From the NCBI GenBank assembly GCA_947258795.1, contig CAMYJU010000003.1, positions 141,779 through 205,778 on the forward strand: a stretch of 64,000 nt of DNA, written 5' to 3'. Positions 48,342 through 56,830 of the stretch are shown here, in pieces. The DNA is from an uncultured Gammaproteobacteria bacterium (GTDB lineage Bacteria; Pseudomonadota; Gammaproteobacteria; DRJJ01). Both the position numbers and the translations under genes were made by a program. Positions within the stretch are counted from its first letter, which is position 1. Each line of letters opens with the position of its first letter. The notes beneath the pieces are model-generated. The model was not told the origin of the DNA and did not search any database. It saw nothing but the letters and a program-made list of their open reading frames with translations.

Positions 48342-49079
48342 ATGCAGATAGGCCCTTATCATTTCAAACCCGGGATAATCCCGACCCTGGCACTGATCCT
48401 GGTCATGCCGCTGTTGATTTCACTCGGATTCTGGCAGCTGGATCGTTATCAGATCAAAGTCGGTCTGGTCGAGGAGCATGCCCAAAACCGGGCCAGGCCT
48501 GTTGTCGAGGTCAGCAGCCGTGAACAAATAGATGGGCTGGGCCGGGCCCGGGCGGTCAGCCTGAGCGGTGAATTTGACCAGCAACGCCACATATTGCTGA
48601 TTAACCGAAAACATGCTGGTAGACCCGGTTTTGATGTGTATACTCCGTTCAGGCTCGAAAGCGGTGATAGCGTACTGGTTACACGTGGCTGGCTACCCGA
48701 TTTGACCGGCAGAGACTACATACCAGAAGTACCGGTTACAGCGGGTAAGATTCGCTTAGAGGCGCTGATTAATACACCACCGAGCATTGGCATCAAGGTC
48801 GGGGACAGCCCACAGGTCGGTGACCTGGGCTGGCCACGCAAGGTTTTTTATGTCGATATGGCGTGGTTGGGTAAGGAGTTGCAGCTCGAACTGCCGCAGT
48901 ACACCATTTTACAAGTGAGTCCGGAAGAGCCGGCCTATATACGCAATTGGGAAGAACATTTTAAAAAACCGGGTGGTATACCGGCCGAAAGACACATGAG
49001 TTATGCCGTACAATGGTTTGCTCTGTGTCTGGCGGTAGTGGTCATCTACCTGGTAGTTAACCTGAAAAGGATTAAATAG
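48342..49079 (+). CDS. SURF1-family cytochrome oxidase biogenesis protein
   Basis: N-terminal TM and WQLDRYQ-type SURF1 signature, C-terminal TM. Confidence 0.85.
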   Translation: MQIGPYHFKPGIIPTLALILVMPLLISLGFWQLDRYQIKVGLVEEHAQNRARPVVEVSSREQIDGLGRARAVSLSGEFDQQRHILLINRKHAGRPGFDVYTPFRLESGDSVLVTRGWLPDLTGRDYIPEVPVTAGKIRLEALINTPPSIGIKVGDSPQVGDLGWPRKVFYVDMAWLGKELQLELPQYTILQVSPEEPAYIRNWEEHFKKPGGIPAERHMSYAVQWFALCLAVVVIYLVVNLKRIK

Positions 49080-49081
49080 TA

Positions 49082-49705
49082 GTGATGAATAAACGCTTGC
49101 AGGCTGTTGTTGTTATGTTGCTTTTTGCCGCACCGATGGTAGGTGCATGGGTTATGTTCAAGTACTATCCTCACCTGCTTTCCAGTATGGGCAAATCCAA
49201 CTATGGTGAGTTTGTCTACCCGGTCAGGCAGATGAGCATGGCCAAGCTGGAAGATTATCAGGGTAGACAGTTTGACCGGGAGATCATCAGGAATCACTGG
49301 GTCATGCTCTATATTGACAAACCAGACTGTAATCAGGACTGTCGTAACAACCTGGACAAGATACGCCAGGTCCGCCTCGCACAAGGTAAAGAGATGGGCA
49401 GGGTCAAGACCATGTTTGTGATAGCCGGTGATGGTGATATCAGTCATCTGTCAGAATACCTGAGTACACAGGCCAATATGATCGTTGCAAGATTAGGGGA
49501 CCAGAATCGTGCAGACTGGTTAAAGGTGTTTACCCAGGAAGATGGGAGTAGTCCGATTGATACTCGACGTGTTTACTTTGTTGATCCACTGGGTCAGTTG
49601 ATGATGTATCACGATCTGAATAATGAATCCGGTAATATGGAACAAACAAGCGGTATGCTCAAGGATCTTAAAAAGCTCTTGCATAATAGCAAGGCCACCA
49701 GCTAG
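49082..49705 (+). CDS. SCO1/SenC-like thioredoxin-fold protein (divergent: CxxxC present as CNQDC, conserved His apparently absent)
   Basis: N-terminal anchor. YIDKPDCNQDCRNNL aligns to SCO FTHCPDVCP; VYFVDPLGQL aligns to the SCO YLVDP.G motif. Position between surf1 and ctaB. Confidence 0.5.
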   Translation: MMNKRLQAVVVMLLFAAPMVGAWVMFKYYPHLLSSMGKSNYGEFVYPVRQMSMAKLEDYQGRQFDREIIRNHWVMLYIDKPDCNQDCRNNLDKIRQVRLAQGKEMGRVKTMFVIAGDGDISHLSEYLSTQANMIVARLGDQNRADWLKVFTQEDGSSPIDTRRVYFVDPLGQLMMYHDLNNESGNMEQTSGMLKDLKKLLHNSKATS

Positions 49706-49763
49706 CGTTATGACAGGGCAGTACCAACATTCGACTCTAAATATCACAGGCCGGTAGCAGAAT

Positions 49764-50681
49764 ATGACAGGCGTAAACTGGAAAGATTATTACGAACTAT
49801 GTAAACCGAAAGTCGTCGGGCTGATCGTATTTACTGCCGTGGTGGGGATGTTTATGGCGACCGGAACCGCCAATGCCCCCGACGCGATGGTGCCTTGGAA
49901 TGTACTGATATTCGGCACACTGGGTATCGGGCTGGCGTCGGCGTCAGCCGCCGCAATCAACCACGTAGTTGATCGCCGCATCGATGCCATTATGAACAGA
50001 ACCCATAACAGGCCTTTACCATCGGGTCAGGTGTCCAGTAAACAGGCGCTGATTTTCGCGCTGACACTGGGAGCCATAGCGATGTTGATGCTGGTGGTAC
50101 GGATCAACTTGTTGACGGCAGTGCTGACCCTGGTGTCATTGATAGGTTATGCGGTGATTTATACGCTCTACCTGAAACGCGCGACCCCGCAGAATATCGT
50201 GATTGGTGGCGCTGCCGGTGCCGCCCCGCCGGTACTGGGATGGACCGCTGTGACCAATAGCATCGATCCCGGTGCGTTGTGGCTGTTTCTGATAATTTTC
50301 ATCTGGACCCCGCCGCATTTCTGGGCGCTGGCTATCCATCGTCGTGATGAATATGCAAAAGTGGACATACCGATGTTACCGGTTACTCACGGCATTGAGT
50401 TTACGCAGTTACAGGTTTTGCTCTATACCATCCTGTTGATTATCGTCAGCTTGATGCCATACCTGACCCGTATGAGTGGGCCATTCTACCTGGTCGGTGC
50501 GGTGATTCTTGGTGCGGGCTTTCTGTATCACGCGATGAAACTCAAGCGCGAAAATGAGCAAAAGTTGGACCAGAAGATTGCGATGAAGACCTTCGGTTAC
50601 TCGATTATATATCTGATGGGCATTTTCGCGCTGTTGCTGATCGATCACTATATTCCGTTACTGTTTTCTCTGCTGTCCTGA
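49764..50681 (+). CDS. ctaB: Protoheme IX farnesyltransferase (heme O synthase)
   Basis: UbiA-family 8-9 TM protein with the typical N-terminus (YYELCKPKVVGLIVFTAVVGM). Confidence 0.9.
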   Translation: MTGVNWKDYYELCKPKVVGLIVFTAVVGMFMATGTANAPDAMVPWNVLIFGTLGIGLASASAAAINHVVDRRIDAIMNRTHNRPLPSGQVSSKQALIFALTLGAIAMLMLVVRINLLTAVLTLVSLIGYAVIYTLYLKRATPQNIVIGGAAGAAPPVLGWTAVTNSIDPGALWLFLIIFIWTPPHFWALAIHRRDEYAKVDIPMLPVTHGIEFTQLQVLLYTILLIIVSLMPYLTRMSGPFYLVGAVILGAGFLYHAMKLKRENEQKLDQKIAMKTFGYSIIYLMGIFALLLIDHYIPLLFSLLS

Positions 50682-51024
50682 TTCCTGTCATCTGGTCGCC
50701 TCGTGCCCAGGCAGGCGCTGGATGCACAACTATTTTCTATCGTCTAAACTGTTCAGTCATATGACACACAGGGTTTGATTAGTGTGCCAAAACCAGCCAT
50801 TTGCATCCTGCAGGCTGGTGAAATAGACCGTCCGGGTCAAGTATTATAGGAATATGCCGATATAATAATGATGATAAATCAAGGCATTAGCTGTGATTTG
50901 TCATTAAGCCCTCGTTATTTATGAGGCTTGTAATACTGTATATTATTATATTAGAATATACTCCCTTTTTTGGCCTGCATCCATGTATGTGTATGCGGCC
51001 ATTTTTATGACTGAGTATTAATTG

Positions 51025-51040
51025 ACCAGCCGGTGCTGGT
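51025..51040. repeat. Palindrome ACCAGC-cggt-GCTGGT in the ccoN leader, 20 nt upstream of the start codon
   Basis: Read directly. Confidence 0.3.
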
Positions 51041-51060
51041 TAGCAGATAGAGAGGCGACT

Positions 51061-52500
51061 ATGGCGGCAGGCGAACAGTACAATTATGACATTGTCCGCA
51101 AATTCTCGATTATGGCCCTGGTCTGGGGTGTTTTAGGAATGACAGCAGGCGTTTATATCGCTGCTGAACTGGCATTCCCGTTCATGAATTTCGACATCCC
51201 GGAACTGACCTTTGGCCGCTTGCGCCCGGTACATACCACCCTGGTGATCTTCGGTTTTGGCGGTAGCGCGCTGTTCGCGACATCCTATTATATCGTACAG
51301 CGTACCTGCCAGACCCGCCTGTCGAGTGCCAGTCTGGCCAATTTTACCTTCTGGGGCTGGCAGTCTGTGATCGTTCTCGGTGTGATCAGTTATGTGCTGG
51401 GTTACAGCCAGGGACGTGAATACGCCGAGTTCTCATGGCCGCTGGATCTGCTGATTACCGTGGTCTGGGTCGCCTATCTGGTCATTTACGTACAGACCAT
51501 ACGTCATCGCTCGCAGCCACATATCTATGTCGCCAACTGGTTCTTTATGGCGTTCATACTGGCAACCGCGATACTGCATGTCTTCAATAACCTGGCCGTA
51601 CCTGTCGGCCTGTTCAGCCTGTCTTCGTATAGTGCGTTTTCAGGGGTACAGGATGCGATGACCCAGTGGTGGTATGGCCACAATGCGGTAGGCTTCTTCC
51701 TGACAGCGGCGTTTCTGGGCATGATGTATTACTTTGTGCCCAAACAGGCGGGCCGTCCGGTCTATTCCTATCGCTTGTCGATCATCCACTTCTGGGCGCT
51801 GGTCTTCCTGTACATGTGGGCCGGTGCCCATCACCTGCACTGGACAGCGCTGCCGGACTGGACCTCGACACTGGCTGCCACCTTCTCGATACTGCTGTTG
51901 CTGCCGTCCTGGGGTGGCATGATTAACGGTATCATGACCCTGTCCGGTGCCTGGGACAAGCTGCGTTCTGATCCGGTCATGATGTTCCTGATTACCGCGT
52001 TGTCATTCTATGGTATGTCCACTTTCGAAGGACCGCTAATGGCGCTGAAGAGCGTGAATGCGCTGTCGCATTACACCGACTGGACCATCGGTCACGTGCA
52101 TTCCGGTGCGTTGGGCTGGGTGGCAATGGTCAGCTTCGGTTCCATGTATCACCTGATCCCACGTCTGTACGACACCGAAATGTACAGCAAGAAGTTGATG
52201 TACGTGCATTTCTGGCTGGCCTCGATCGGCATCGTGTTGTATATCACCGCGATGTGGGTGGCCGGTATCGGCCAGGGCCTGATGCTGCGTGGTTTTGATG
52301 AGTACGGCAACCTGGCGTACAGCTTTATTGAAACCGTGATCTTCCTGAAGCAGCCGTATATCTGGCGCACCATTGGTGGCGCATTCTTCCTGGCCGGTAT
52401 GCTGGTCATGGTTTACAACGTATTCGCAACGATCAGACAGGCGAAGAAAGAGACGGCTATACTGGATGCCAAGATCGCTGCCAAGCTGGCCAATGCCTGA
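51061..52500 (+). CDS. ccoN: cbb3-type cytochrome c oxidase subunit I CcoN
   Basis: [22 protein letters not shown]-terminus, 12+ TM, heme-copper His ligands. ATG at 51061 (the track starts at 51022). Confidence 0.95.
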   Translation: MAAGEQYNYDIVRKFSIMALVWGVLGMTAGVYIAAELAFPFMNFDIPELTFGRLRPVHTTLVIFGFGGSALFATSYYIVQRTCQTRLSSASLANFTFWGWQSVIVLGVISYVLGYSQGREYAEFSWPLDLLITVVWVAYLVIYVQTIRHRSQPHIYVANWFFMAFILATAILHVFNNLAVPVGLFSLSSYSAFSGVQDAMTQWWYGHNAVGFFLTAAFLGMMYYFVPKQAGRPVYSYRLSIIHFWALVFLYMWAGAHHLHWTALPDWTSTLAATFSILLLLPSWGGMINGIMTLSGAWDKLRSDPVMMFLITALSFYGMSTFEGPLMALKSVNALSHYTDWTIGHVHSGALGWVAMVSFGSMYHLIPRLYDTEMYSKKLMYVHFWLASIGIVLYITAMWVAGIGQGLMLRGFDEYGNLAYSFIETVIFLKQPYIWRTIGGAFFLAGMLVMVYNVFATIRQAKKETAILDAKIAAKLANA

Positions 52501-52523
52501 TTATCGATTAGGGGAAAGAAATA

Positions 52524-53276
52524 ATGCGTCATGAAAATATCGAAACCAATGTAGGTCTGCTGGTTGCCCTGACTCTGGTCGTAATTAGTATAGGCGGTCT
52601 GATTGAAATCGTACCGTTGTTCTTTATCGATGAAACTATCGAACAGGTAAAGACGACAGACGGCAAGGATGCGATCCGGCCGTTTACACCGCTGGAGAGC
52701 CGTGGTCGTGACATCTATATCCGTGAGGGCTGTTACCTGTGCCACTCGCAGATGATACGTCCGTTCAGGGACGAGATCCTGCGTTATGGCCATTATTCTC
52801 TGGCCGCGGAGTCACAGTACGATCATCCATTCCAGTGGGGTTCGAAACGTACCGGGCCTGACCTGGCACGTGTCGGCGGCAAGTATTCGAACGAGTGGCA
52901 TACCCAGCACATGATCGCGCCGCGTTCGGTGATGCCGGATTCGATCATGCCGAACTATCCGTGGCTGCTGGAAAATGATCTGAAGTACAACGATATTGCC
53001 GGGCGCCTGAAATCACAGCGCATTGTTGGTGTGCCCTATTCACTGACCGATGAGGAATACGAAGCCAATGTCGAACGCTTTGGCAAGGAAGCAGCAGACA
53101 GGCTGAATATTCACGCTGCTGAAGAAAACCTGATGGCCCAGGCTGAACAGGGTAACTATGACGGCGACCGCAGTCGCCTGACTGAAATGGATGCACTGGT
53201 CGCCTACCTGCAGGTACTGGGTACGATGGTTGACTTCAAGCAGTACGATGAAGGGCACTTTGCCGAGTTCCGCTAG
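52524..53276 (+). CDS. ccoO: cbb3-type cytochrome c oxidase subunit II CcoO (monoheme)
   Basis: TM anchor plus CYLCHS heme c motif. Confidence 0.95.
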   Translation: MRHENIETNVGLLVALTLVVISIGGLIEIVPLFFIDETIEQVKTTDGKDAIRPFTPLESRGRDIYIREGCYLCHSQMIRPFRDEILRYGHYSLAAESQYDHPFQWGSKRTGPDLARVGGKYSNEWHTQHMIAPRSVMPDSIMPNYPWLLENDLKYNDIAGRLKSQRIVGVPYSLTDEEYEANVERFGKEAADRLNIHAAEENLMAQAEQGNYDGDRSRLTEMDALVAYLQVLGTMVDFKQYDEGHFAEFR

Positions 53277-53299
53277 GCCGGATCAGCAGGAAACAGGAC

Positions 53300-53518
53300 A
53301 TGTGGGATTGGTTGAAATGGTTTACGCATATGGAAAACAGCAAGGTTGCTGCGTTGATCATTTTCTTTTCCCTGTTCGTAGCAATATTGATTTACGTGTT
53401 TGGTCACAAGCAGCGCTCTGAAAGACTGGAGTCATACAAGTACATCCCGTTTGATGAGGACGACGAGCCGGACACAAATGATAGCAAGCACAAGGGTACG
53501 CAAGATGAGCGAGAATAA
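53300..53518 (+). CDS. ccoQ: cbb3-type oxidase subunit CcoQ-like small TM protein
   Basis: 72 aa, single TM, located between ccoO and ccoP; its 3' end overlaps the ccoP start. Confidence 0.55.
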   Translation: MWDWLKWFTHMENSKVAALIIFFSLFVAILIYVFGHKQRSERLESYKYIPFDEDDEPDTNDSKHKGTQDERE

Positions 53519-54428
53519 GAAAACCGGGCATGCAGTTCAGACCACTGGTCACGCCTGGGATGGTGATATACAGGAATATAACAACCCGATTCCGCGCTGG
53601 TGGTTATGGTCGTTTTATGCCACGGTTGTATTCTCCATTATTTACTGGGTGCTGTACCCGGCCTGGCCGATCGGTCACAGCTATACAACGGGTGTACTGA
53701 ACAATATCACCTATACCGTCAACGGTGAAGAAAAGACTACTCACTGGAATACCCGTGCGCGCCTGGTAAGGGATATGCAGACCGGTGAGGATGCGGTCAA
53801 GCAGCGCCGGCATATGCAGGAAGTGGCCAATGCCAGTTTCTCAGCGATTCTGTCTGACCCGAAGATGATCGATTTCAGCAGCAAGATCGGCAAGGTGCTG
53901 TTCACTGATAACTGTGCGGCCTGCCACGGTATGGGTGGTCAGGGTGTCGTTGGCCTGTTTCCCAGCCTGGTGGATGACGACTGGCTATGGGGTGGTCGTA
54001 CCGAGAATATCCGTGAAACCATTGCGTCCGGCCGTATTGGATTCATGCCGGCATTTGGCAAGACATTCTCTGATCAGCAGATGGACGATGTGGTTGAGTA
54101 TGTCCTGAGCCTGTCCAATCAGGCAGAGGACCAGCCACGGGTACAGCGTGGCAAACAGCTGTTTGGCGGAGAACAGGGTGGTTGTTACTACTGTCACAAC
54201 CAGGAAGGAACTGGTATCCAGTCACAGGGTGCGGCCAACCTGACCGACCAGATCTGGACTATCGTCGATGTTGCCGGACAGAAAGATATCGAAGGCAAGC
54301 GTGCACTGGTACGCGAGGTGGTCAGTAAAGGTGTAAACCGCAGTATGCCCAACTGGAAAGGGCGTCTGAGTGATGAGGAGATCAAGCTGTTGACGGTATA
54401 CGTGTATAATCTCAGTGGCGGCAAGTGA
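53505..54428 (+). CDS. ccoP: cbb3-type cytochrome c oxidase subunit III CcoP (diheme)
   Basis: HAWDGDIQEYNNPIPRWW N-terminal motif; two CxxCH motifs (CAACHG, CYYCHN). ATG at 53505. Confidence 0.9.
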   Translation: MSENKKTGHAVQTTGHAWDGDIQEYNNPIPRWWLWSFYATVVFSIIYWVLYPAWPIGHSYTTGVLNNITYTVNGEEKTTHWNTRARLVRDMQTGEDAVKQRRHMQEVANASFSAILSDPKMIDFSSKIGKVLFTDNCAACHGMGGQGVVGLFPSLVDDDWLWGGRTENIRETIASGRIGFMPAFGKTFSDQQMDDVVEYVLSLSNQAEDQPRVQRGKQLFGGEQGGCYYCHNQEGTGIQSQGAANLTDQIWTIVDVAGQKDIEGKRALVREVVSKGVNRSMPNWKGRLSDEEIKLLTVYVYNLSGGK

Positions 54429-54506
54429 CACTGAGCGTCTGCCCTTCAGTTACTACAGGGGGCTGTTCATATCAGGGATATGGACGGCCCTTTGCCTTCT
54501 CTGTGT

Positions 54507-55919
54507 ATGACTAACATGTCCGTACCAGTCAACCAGGGCGGAACACAGGCAAGGATACCGATCTATCCACGCTCTGTGAAAGGTCGTTTTCGTCGCCTGA
54601 AATGGGCCATCCTGGTCATTGCCTATGGCACCTATTTCATGTTGCCATGGTTGCAGTGGGAACGTAGTGGCGCCGCCAGCCAGGCGCTACTGTTTGATAT
54701 CACCTCACGGCGATTTTACCTGTTTGACCTGGTTGTCCACCCGTCCGAGATTTTCTGGCTGGCCGGCTTCCTGGTGATTGCGGCTCTGTTGCTGTTCTTC
54801 GTTACCGGTATCGCCGGGCGTGTGTTTTGTGGTTACTTCTGTTTCCAGACGCTGTGGACCGATGTCTTTATCAAAATCGAAAGACTGGTGCAGGGTGAAC
54901 GCCCGGCACGTATCCGACTGGATAAATCAGGCTGGACCGCGGACAAGCTGTTCAAAAAAGGGCTGACCCATGTGCTGTGGCTCAGCGTCGCGCTGCTTAC
55001 TGGTATAACCTTTGTATTGTACTGGGGCTACGCCCCGGAGCTGGTCGTACAGCTGTTTACAGGTCAGGCGCCGTTTGCGGCCTATGCCACCACCCTGTTC
55101 CTGACCGCGACCACCTATGTGATGGCCGGGCTGGCACGCGAACAGGTGTGCACCTATATGTGTCCCTATGCCAGGTTCCAGAGCGCGATGTTCGACAAGG
55201 ACACCCTGATCGTGGCTTATGACCGGCAGCGTGGCGAGTCACAGTTAGGCCGGAATAAACTGGTCAAGGGACTGAAACAGCAACAGCAACGTCACCAGGC
55301 CGGTTACGGCGATTGCGTCGATTGCGGATTCTGTGTACAGGTCTGCCCGACCGGTATTGATATCCGTGACGGCTTGCAGATCCAGTGCATCTCTTGTGCG
55401 TTATGTATCGACGCCTGTGACAACATCATGGACAGTCTTGGCTGGCCGCGTGGCCTGATCAAATATGATTCCGAACGTCACCAGGAGGGTAGCAAGCCCA
55501 GACTGTTCAAGGCCAAGAATATCGGTTATGCCGTGACATTACTGCTTGCTACCGTGTTACTGGTGTGGAGCGTGATCACCAGTTCAACGCTGGATGTAGC
55601 GGTACAGCAGGTCCGGCAACCACTTTACGTGGTACTGTCAGACGGCCAGATACAAAACAGCTATATGTTGAAACTGAACAACAAGCAGAAGGTCCCGCTA
55701 AGCCTGGATATCAGTGTGCAGGGACTGGATGACGCGGTGCTGGATCTGGGTCGTGTACGTCATATCGAGATTGGTGCGGACCAGAGTCTGCAGGTACGGC
55801 TGAGAGTGCGTATGCCTCGAGACACCGGGCAGACGCAGATACCGTTTGCATTCGTGATCGATGCAGATGGCGTTGAGCAGCCATTAAGCGTTCCGGCATT
55901 TTTCTCCATGCCCAGGTAA
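54507..55919 (+). CDS. ccoG: CcoG/FixG 4Fe-4S ferredoxin-type oxidase accessory protein
   Basis: TM helices, two ferredoxin-type Cys clusters (CTYMCPYARFQ; CVDCGFCVQVCP...CISCALCIDAC). Confidence 0.9.
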   Translation: MTNMSVPVNQGGTQARIPIYPRSVKGRFRRLKWAILVIAYGTYFMLPWLQWERSGAASQALLFDITSRRFYLFDLVVHPSEIFWLAGFLVIAALLLFFVTGIAGRVFCGYFCFQTLWTDVFIKIERLVQGERPARIRLDKSGWTADKLFKKGLTHVLWLSVALLTGITFVLYWGYAPELVVQLFTGQAPFAAYATTLFLTATTYVMAGLAREQVCTYMCPYARFQSAMFDKDTLIVAYDRQRGESQLGRNKLVKGLKQQQQRHQAGYGDCVDCGFCVQVCPTGIDIRDGLQIQCISCALCIDACDNIMDSLGWPRGLIKYDSERHQEGSKPRLFKAKNIGYAVTLLLATVLLVWSVITSSTLDVAVQQVRQPLYVVLSDGQIQNSYMLKLNNKQKVPLSLDISVQGLDDAVLDLGRVRHIEIGADQSLQVRLRVRMPRDTGQTQIPFAFVIDADGVEQPLSVPAFFSMPR

Positions 55920-55934
55920 TCAACAGAGGTCATC

Positions 55935-56738
55935 ATGCTATCCGGTTTTCTGACATTGCCCATCGGCCTGGTTGTGGAATTTCTGCTGTTTTACCTGTTG
56001 TACCGCTTCAGTCCATTGCATAGCGTGCAGTCACTGCTGGTGGCGCTGTTACTCACTCTCGCGGTGTATCTGCCTTACAGCCTGCTGAACTGGAGTGGTG
56101 TCGATGTGTTTGTGCTGCATCTCGCGGTATTTGCAACGGCGGTCTACATAACCGGCATCATCCTGCGTTCGGGTAAAAAGAGCACACGACGCTTTCACTG
56201 GGCACCGGCACTTATCATTCTGTTCTTTGTCGTGATTATTGTGGTCGACAGCGTGTTTGTGACCATGTCCATGCGCGGCTTGCCGAAGGGCCTGCAGGAA
56301 TCCCTGCTGCCGACACCGAGAAAAGAGCAGGGTGTAAGTACCCTGTTCCCCGGTGTTGTACCGGAAAACAAGTACCAGAAAGAGTCGCAATACAATGCCT
56401 ATATCGCACAGCGTACCGAGCAGGCTGCGAGGGGCTGGCAGGTGGGCAAGGGCTGGTTGCAGGGTGTCCCTGCCGCGGGTCAGGAAGCGGTATTTCAGTT
56501 ACAGATACTCGACCGCTTGTCACAGCCGGTATCCGGTCTGAACCTGAAAGGCCGCTTTATGCGTCCGGCAGACAGCAGGCTGGACCTGGATTTCAGCATG
56601 AACGAGGTCATGCCGGGTGTCTATCGTGTGGCCGTCGTGCTGCCTGTCGCAGGTACCTGGGACCTGCTGCTGGATGCGCTGGATGACGATAAGCAGGTAT
56701 ATGAGCTGAAGGCCAGTACCACGATTACTGACAAGTAA
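55935..56738 (+). CDS. ccoH: FixH/CcoH-like protein with an extra N-terminal three-TM extension
   Basis: C-terminal 150 aa match the FixH pattern (TM + G.W...GVYRVAVVLPVAGTWDL); the N-terminal 80 aa add three hydrophobic helices. Confidence 0.65.
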   Translation: MLSGFLTLPIGLVVEFLLFYLLYRFSPLHSVQSLLVALLLTLAVYLPYSLLNWSGVDVFVLHLAVFATAVYITGIILRSGKKSTRRFHWAPALIILFFVVIIVVDSVFVTMSMRGLPKGLQESLLPTPRKEQGVSTLFPGVVPENKYQKESQYNAYIAQRTEQAARGWQVGKGWLQGVPAAGQEAVFQLQILDRLSQPVSGLNLKGRFMRPADSRLDLDFSMNEVMPGVYRVAVVLPVAGTWDLLLDALDDDKQVYELKASTTITDK

Positions 56739-56830
56739 TTCTTACACATGGCCAGGTTAAGCGTCACTGAAATCTGAATTCTGATATCTGATATAGTTAA
56801 ACCCTTCCGATTCAAAACGACGGTCTATCT

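Noticed and set aside
50869-50882. FNR-like site TGATGATAAATCAA upstream of ccoN
   Set aside because: Half-site spacing is 5 nt rather than the canonical 4, and the left half deviates from TTGAT. It is kept only as a note in the findings.
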